Assembly (NCBI GenBank): GCA_963701385.1
Contig: CAVOZW010000027.1
Location: 407,705-471,704 of the forward strand
Source: an uncultured delta proteobacterium
Lineage (GTDB): Bacteria; Desulfobacterota; Desulfobacteria; Desulfobacterales; B30-G6
Length of the DNA stretch: 64,000 nucleotides
Direction: 5' to 3'
Of this stretch, positions 59,111 to 64,000 are shown one piece after another. The translations under genes and the position numbers were made by a program. Below the pieces are notes generated by a model, which saw nothing but the letters and a program-made list of their open reading frames with translations, did no database searches and was not told where the DNA came from. How positions within the stretch are numbered: position 1 is the stretch's first letter; every line of letters starts with the position of its first letter.

Positions 59111-60664
59111 CTAGATCCTTTCAATGGCCTGGGGCCCCCGGGTTCCAGATTCATAAAAGTGGAGCATGGTCGGGCTGACATCACACGATTCACACATGGA
59201 TAATATCGGGGTTAAAAATGACCAGCACGCTTCAACCCCATCCTGGCGCCAGAACAGCATCTGATCACCGAGAATGCAGTCCAGCAGAACTTTTTCATAG
59301 GCCTCAAGCAAGACTTCATCGCTTGCCTGCTGGTAGTGAAAATCCATGGTGACGGGTCGCAGATTGACTTGTGCTCCCGGTGATTTAGTCTGGAAGGTCA
59401 GTGATATTCTCTCTTCCGGATAAACACCTAATTTCAATTGGTTGGCAGTAATCCTTCTTCCCAGAACCTCCCTGAACATGGAATGAGGGACCCGTTTGAA
59501 CTGAATGCTTATGTCCGTCCGCTTTTCCATGAGACGCTTGCCGGATACCAGGTAAAAGGGCACGCCTTGCCAACGCCAATTGTCGAGGTACAATTTCATC
59601 ATGGCGTATGTCGGCGTCATGGATTGATCGGCAACCCCCGATTCTTCGCGGTAGGACGGTACTGCCTCACCATTTAGCGTCCCCTTGTCATACTGCCCCA
59701 GCACAAGATGCTTTTCCAGGGACGCCTTTTGAAAGGGTCTCAGCGCGCGGTATACCTTGATCTTTTCATCACGCACACGGTCGGCCTCGAATGCCGACGG
59801 CGGCTCCATGGCAATCAGCGCCAACAGCTGCATCATGTGATTCTGGAACATGTCGCGCAGGACCCCGGACTGCTCATAATAGCCGGCCCGATGCTCGACG
59901 CCAAGACTTTCAGCAGCGGTAATCCGAATGCTTTCGATATACCTTCTGTTCCAGATAGGCTCGAAAATACTGTTCGCAAATCGGAGCATCAAAACGTTCT
60001 GAACCGTTTCCTTGGCCAGATAGTGATCGATTCGAAACACCTGCTGCTCGTGAAAATACGCGTGTATTCCTTTGTCCAACGCCATTGCAGACGCCAAATC
60101 ACTGCCAAAGGGTTTTTCCACCACCAACCGGGACCACCCGTTGCCCTGGGTTCGCTCTGAGGCAAGACCGGCTGTTCCAATCCCCCGGGCCACCGGAAGA
60201 TAAAGCGTTGGGGGCAGTGCCAGATAGAAGATTCTGTTTCCTTGCGTACCCATATCGCGGTCCAGTTCTCTGAGAAATGTCGACAGATTATCATATGCGG
60301 CCTGGTCGTCATATTGCACGGCCTGATAATGCAACCGGGCAACAAACCCGGCCATCATTTTCGAATCCTGGACACCCGAATGCTGCAATGCCTCTGACAT
60401 GTGGGCGCGGAACTGGTCGCTATCCTGTGATGTGCGACCGCATCCAACGATTGAAAAAGCGGGTGGTAACTTATCTTTCTCATAGAGATCGAACAAGGCC
60501 GGTATCAGTTTGCGGGCCGTCAAATCTCCCGTGGCGCCCATGATCACGACCGCACAGGGGTCCAGACAATTCCCGGTATCATCGGATTGCGGTGTTTGCC
60601 CTGGTTTTGCGATGCAAGGCACCTGAATCGGTTTTTCCTTGGTTGCCTGTTGGGAATTTTTCAT
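59111..60664 (-). CDS. zwf: glucose-6-phosphate dehydrogenase
   Basis: GATGDLTARKL NADP motif and RIDHYLAKE active-site motif. Confidence 0.95.
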   Translation of the reverse strand: MKNSQQATKEKPIQVPCIAKPGQTPQSDDTGNCLDPCAVVIMGATGDLTARKLIPALFDLYEKDKLPPAFSIVGCGRTSQDSDQFRAHMSEALQHSGVQDSKMMAGFVARLHYQAVQYDDQAAYDNLSTFLRELDRDMGTQGNRIFYLALPPTLYLPVARGIGTAGLASERTQGNGWSRLVVEKPFGSDLASAMALDKGIHAYFHEQQVFRIDHYLAKETVQNVLMLRFANSIFEPIWNRRYIESIRITAAESLGVEHRAGYYEQSGVLRDMFQNHMMQLLALIAMEPPSAFEADRVRDEKIKVYRALRPFQKASLEKHLVLGQYDKGTLNGEAVPSYREESGVADQSMTPTYAMMKLYLDNWRWQGVPFYLVSGKRLMEKRTDISIQFKRVPHSMFREVLGRRITANQLKLGVYPEERISLTFQTKSPGAQVNLRPVTMDFHYQQASDEVLLEAYEKVLLDCILGDQMLFWRQDGVEACWSFLTPILSMCESCDVSPTMLHFYESGTRGPQAIERI

Positions 60665-60729
60665 ATCAACACCCCTTCTAAAATGGTATGCGCCTCGATA
60701 TTGAAGTGTGCCCTGTAGCGATCCGCAGG

Positions 60730-61641
60730 CTATGATTTTGTTTCTTTGACCGCGTGGCCCCCGAATTCACGTCGCAGTGCCGCCAGGACTCTGTCTGAAA
60801 AGGTGTTGTCCTGACGGGATCTGAACCTGGCAAACAAACTCAGCGCGGTTATCGGAGCGGGCACATCCGTATCAATGGCCTGTTGCAGCGTCCAGCGCCC
60901 CTCGCCCGAATCCTCGACATAGCCCTTGATCGCCTTGAGGTGCGGATCGCGGGCAAAGGCATCCTCCAGCAGCTCCAGCAGCCATGATCGGACAACGCTG
61001 CCCTGGTTCCAGAGCTGCGCAATTTTTTGATAATCAAAATTTTCGCTGTACTGAGACGCTTCCAGAATTTCAAAACCTTCCCCGTAGGCTTGCATCAAAC
61101 CGTATTCGATACCGTTGTGAACCATTTTTACAAAATGACCCGATCCTGTTTTGCCGCAGTACAGGTATCCGTTTTCGGGAGCCAGGGTCTTGAAAACCGG
61201 TTGCAGCTTTTTGACGATGGCCCTGTCACCACCCATCATCAGACAGTACCCGACCTTTAGTCCCCAGATGCCGCCGCTGACCCCGACATCCACATATTCA
61301 ATGCCGCTGTCTTTTAATCCTCCGGCTCTGCGTTCATCGTCCCTGTAATACGTATTGCCGCCGTCAATGAGGATGTCACCCGCATCCAGAAGCCCTTTGA
61401 GCTGCTGGATGTGGTCGTCAACAATGCTGCCGGCAGGCAACATCAGCCACAAGACACGGGGTTGCGCCAGTTTTTCCACCACTTCGACCAGCGAATAAGC
61501 GCCCGTGGCACCTTCTTCCCTGACCAATGTGTCGGTCTTTTCCGGTGTCCGATTATAGCAAACGATGTCATGACCGCCGCGCAATAACCGCTTGGCCATG
61601 TTCATGCCCATTCGCCCCAACCCAATCATTGCGATCTTCAT
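60730..61641 (-). CDS. gnd: 6-phosphogluconate dehydrogenase (decarboxylating, short form)
   Basis: GGGAGGG then ATG at 61641 (MKIAMIGLGRMGMNMA). GSGHFVKMVHNGIEYG motif. Confidence 0.9.
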   Translation of the reverse strand: MKIAMIGLGRMGMNMAKRLLRGGHDIVCYNRTPEKTDTLVREEGATGAYSLVEVVEKLAQPRVLWLMLPAGSIVDDHIQQLKGLLDAGDILIDGGNTYYRDDERRAGGLKDSGIEYVDVGVSGGIWGLKVGYCLMMGGDRAIVKKLQPVFKTLAPENGYLYCGKTGSGHFVKMVHNGIEYGLMQAYGEGFEILEASQYSENFDYQKIAQLWNQGSVVRSWLLELLEDAFARDPHLKAIKGYVEDSGEGRWTLQQAIDTDVPAPITALSLFARFRSRQDNTFSDRVLAALRREFGGHAVKETKS

Positions 61642-61698
61642 ATCGACCCTCCCAGGTGTTTGCCTGTATTTGATGTCGTTCACGAGCCCCCACGCACC

Positions 61699-61790
61699 CG
61701 TTTGATTGTTCTACAAACCACGTGCTCGGCACGCGGTTCCGAACCTGAACTGTGGGATTTTTCTCTCGATCCGTACCAATCTCCTGCGGA
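61699..61790 (-). repeat. structured intergenic repeat, copy B (core hairpin 61707-61745)
   Basis: UGUUC... core GGUUCGGAACCGCGUGCCGAGCACGUGGUUUGUAGAACA. 33 of 39 identical to copy A, with the differences keeping or improving pairing. It lies about 65 nt upstream of the gnd start. Confidence 0.6.
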
Positions 61791-62014
61791 TAGAGGGTTC
61801 GCAAAAAATCTCAACAGATCCACTGGTATGCCTACGTTTTTTTTCGAACCCTCCTTGATCAAGATCTCGGCACATCTCTCTGTTAAAAATCGCTCTGTTC
61901 AGGTAATAACATATGAACGGTTTGCTAATTATCAAATAATTTATATAAGAACGAGACGATGACGCAAAGAATGTCTATGATGTGAGGGACACACCCATAA
62001 AAAGGGGGCCTCAA

Positions 62015-64000
62015 ATGAAACAGACCGCCGAGCACAAAAGACTCACCCAATACAGAGAACACACAAAAAACTGGAAAAAGTGGGGACCCTATCTGAGTGA
62101 ACGTTCCTGGGGAACGGTGCGCGAAGATTACAGCCCGGACGGCAGCGCCTGGGAGTATTTTCCACACGACCGGGCCCGGAGCAAAGCCTATCGCTGGGGC
62201 GAGGACGGCATCGCGGGCATCTGCGATCGGTTTCAGTTTCTCTGTTTTGCCCTGACGCTCTGGAATGGAAAAGATCCGATCCTCAAGGAACGCATGTTCG
62301 GCCTGAGTAACGCCGAAGGCAACCACGGTGAAGATGTCAAGGAATACTATTTTTATCTGGACAGCACCCCCACCCACAGCTACATGAAAATGCTCTACAA
62401 ATACCCCCAGGCAGCATTCCCGTATGACGATCTCGTAGCCGAAAACAAGCGTCGCGACCCCATGGAGCCAGAGTACGAACTGGCTGACACGGGTGTGTTC
62501 GACGACCACCGTTATTTCGATGTCCTCATCGAATATGCCAAGGCGGACCAGGATGATATCCTGGCTAAAATCACAGTCACAAACCGTGCTTCCCATACAG
62601 CGCCCTGCTATCTATTACCCAGCCTGTGGTTTCGCAACACATGGCAGTGGGGATATCCATCCGGACCCATGGGAGACGTACCACACAAGCCAACACTCAA
62701 AGCCTTAGAAAGCCAGGCCGACATGGGTCTGGTGGAAGTTATCCACCCCAGCGCCGGGACCTACTACCTGCATGCAGAAAGGCCACAGGACCTGCTCTTC
62801 ACGGAAAACGAAACCCGACCCTTAGAGACGCATGGCGCGTCTGGTACCATAACCTATTTCAAGGACGCTTTTCATCGCTATCTCGTCAATGGTCAAACAG
62901 CGGCCATCAACCCGCATCGAACGGGTACCAAGGTCGCTGCGCTTTATGGCGGAAACATCGATGCCGGGGATTCCCGAACGGTTCGACTGCGTCTTTCCCG
63001 CAAACAGCACCCCACGGCGTTCAAGAATTTTGAAAAGATTTTTCGACAGCGCCTGACCGAAGCGGACGAATTTTACGGATCCATTCAAGCGCCCGGTCTC
63101 AATGATGAAGAGAAACGACTGCAACGTTTGTCTCTGGCAGGGTTGTTGTGGTCCAAACAGTTTTTTTACTACAATGTCGAGCAATGGCTCCAGGGAGACC
63201 CCGGTTCACCGACACCCCCTTCGTCCCGCCTACTGGGCCGCAACCACGCCTGGCAGCATGTCAACAATTTTGACCTTATTTCCATGCCCGACAAGTGGGA
63301 ATACCCGTGGTATGCAGGCTGGGACCTTGCTTTTCACTGCATCCCTCTGGTCCTTATCGACCCCGATTTTGCCAAACGCCAATTGGTATTAATGGCCAGG
63401 GAATGGTATATGCACCCCAACGGCCAATTGCCTGCCTACGAATGGCAGTTTGGCGATGTCAATCCACCCGTACACGCCTGGGCTGCCTGGCGGGTCTATA
63501 AAATAGACACAAAACAACGCGGCCACGCTGACAGTGCCTTTTTGGAGGGAATTTTTCACAAGCTGCTGCTGAATTTCACCTGGTGGGTCAACAAAAAAGA
63601 CAGCGAAGGCAAAAATGTATTCCAAGGTGGCTTTCTGGGTCTTGACAATATCAGTGTTTTTAACCGCAGCGAGCCCCTTCCCACCGGCGGGCACATCGAC
63701 CAGTCCGACGGCACCGCCTGGATGGGGTTTTATTGCCTGGTCATGCTGAAAATTTCTCTGGAACTTGCCGTCAAAAACCCGGTTTATCAGGATACGGCCA
63801 GCAAGTTTTTTGAACATTTTCTGCGCATCGCCCAGGCCATGACCGGGGATTACCGAAATGGGTTGAGTCTTTGGGACGAAACAGACGGTTTTTTTTATGA
63901 TGCCCTCCATCTGCCGGACGGAAGGTTGGTCCAGCTCAAGGTGCGATCTCTTGTGGGCCTGATGCCCCTGCTGGCAGTTGAAACGCTCGAGCACGACCTT
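62015..64000 (+). CDS. GH63-like (MGH1-type) glucosidase, N-terminal 662 codons (runs off the right edge; not in the ORF track)
   Basis: AGGGGG then ATG at 62015. The frame is open to 64000. [45 protein letters not shown] and [18 protein letters not shown] motifs. Confidence 0.85.
   Translation, partial: MKQTAEHKRLTQYREHTKNWKKWGPYLSERSWGTVREDYSPDGSAWEYFPHDRARSKAYRWGEDGIAGICDRFQFLCFALTLWNGKDPILKERMFGLSNAEGNHGEDVKEYYFYLDSTPTHSYMKMLYKYPQAAFPYDDLVAENKRRDPMEPEYELADTGVFDDHRYFDVLIEYAKADQDDILAKITVTNRASHTAPCYLLPSLWFRNTWQWGYPSGPMGDVPHKPTLKALESQADMGLVEVIHPSAGTYYLHAERPQDLLFTENETRPLETHGASGTITYFKDAFHRYLVNGQTAAINPHRTGTKVAALYGGNIDAGDSRTVRLRLSRKQHPTAFKNFEKIFRQRLTEADEFYGSIQAPGLNDEEKRLQRLSLAGLLWSKQFFYYNVEQWLQGDPGSPTPPSSRLLGRNHAWQHVNNFDLISMPDKWEYPWYAGWDLAFHCIPLVLIDPDFAKRQLVLMAREWYMHPNGQLPAYEWQFGDVNPPVHAWAAWRVYKIDTKQRGHADSAFLEGIFHKLLLNFTWWVNKKDSEGKNVFQGGFLGLDNISVFNRSEPLPTGGHIDQSDGTAWMGFYCLVMLKISLELAVKNPVYQDTASKFFEHFLRIAQAMTGDYRNGLSLWDETDGFFYDALHLPDGRLVQLKVRSLVGLMPLLAVETLEHDL

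Overview
This 64-kb chromosomal segment probably comes from a sulfate-reducing Desulfobacterota-type bacterium. That is an inference from aprB, the ssrA tag ADDYNYALAA and four-helix-bundle gene debris. All product calls rest on motif recognition by eye, because no BLAST, HMM or Rfam search could be run. By eye the window is a mosaic of AT-rich accessory stretches (about 1-7 kb, 10-20 kb, 27.4-27.6 kb) and about 50-58% GC blocks.

Intact content:
- a zinc-ribbon/class III cyclase/STAND-ATPase/TPR giant
- a solute-binding protein (SBP), an NhaC antiporter and a universal stress protein (USP)
- a polar amino-acid ABC operon fused to opine and saccharopine dehydrogenase genes
- an RpiR-family regulator, an M20 amidohydrolase and a five-gene peptide ABC locus
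- DUF3786/DUF2284, PilZ, HAD and MBL genes
- a gnd-zwf-pgl-glk operon facing a GH63-like glucosidase. The glucosidase runs off the right edge and is absent from the ORF track, as is a short gene start at the left edge.

The most notable structure is a roughly 10.1-kb island inserted in ssrA (tmRNA). It is bounded by a 28-nt duplication of the tmRNA 3' end and has a decayed integrase. Its cargo includes an AbiEi/AbiEii-like pair whose antitoxin-like protein has an extra PD-(D/E)xK-like N-terminal domain. It also carries an orphan aprB followed by two unrecognised ORFs, plus redox enzymes.

The window is rich in decay. It has two independent 5'-truncated group II introns, many gene fragments, and at least five frameshifts, four of which fit single-base changes in short homopolymer runs. 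A Zn-ribbon regulator is interrupted by an in-frame TAG. I also report a repeated structured intergenic element (two copies), twin hairpin repeats, shared palindromic operators and intra-operon hairpins and terminators. No CRISPR array, rRNA or tRNA gene was seen.
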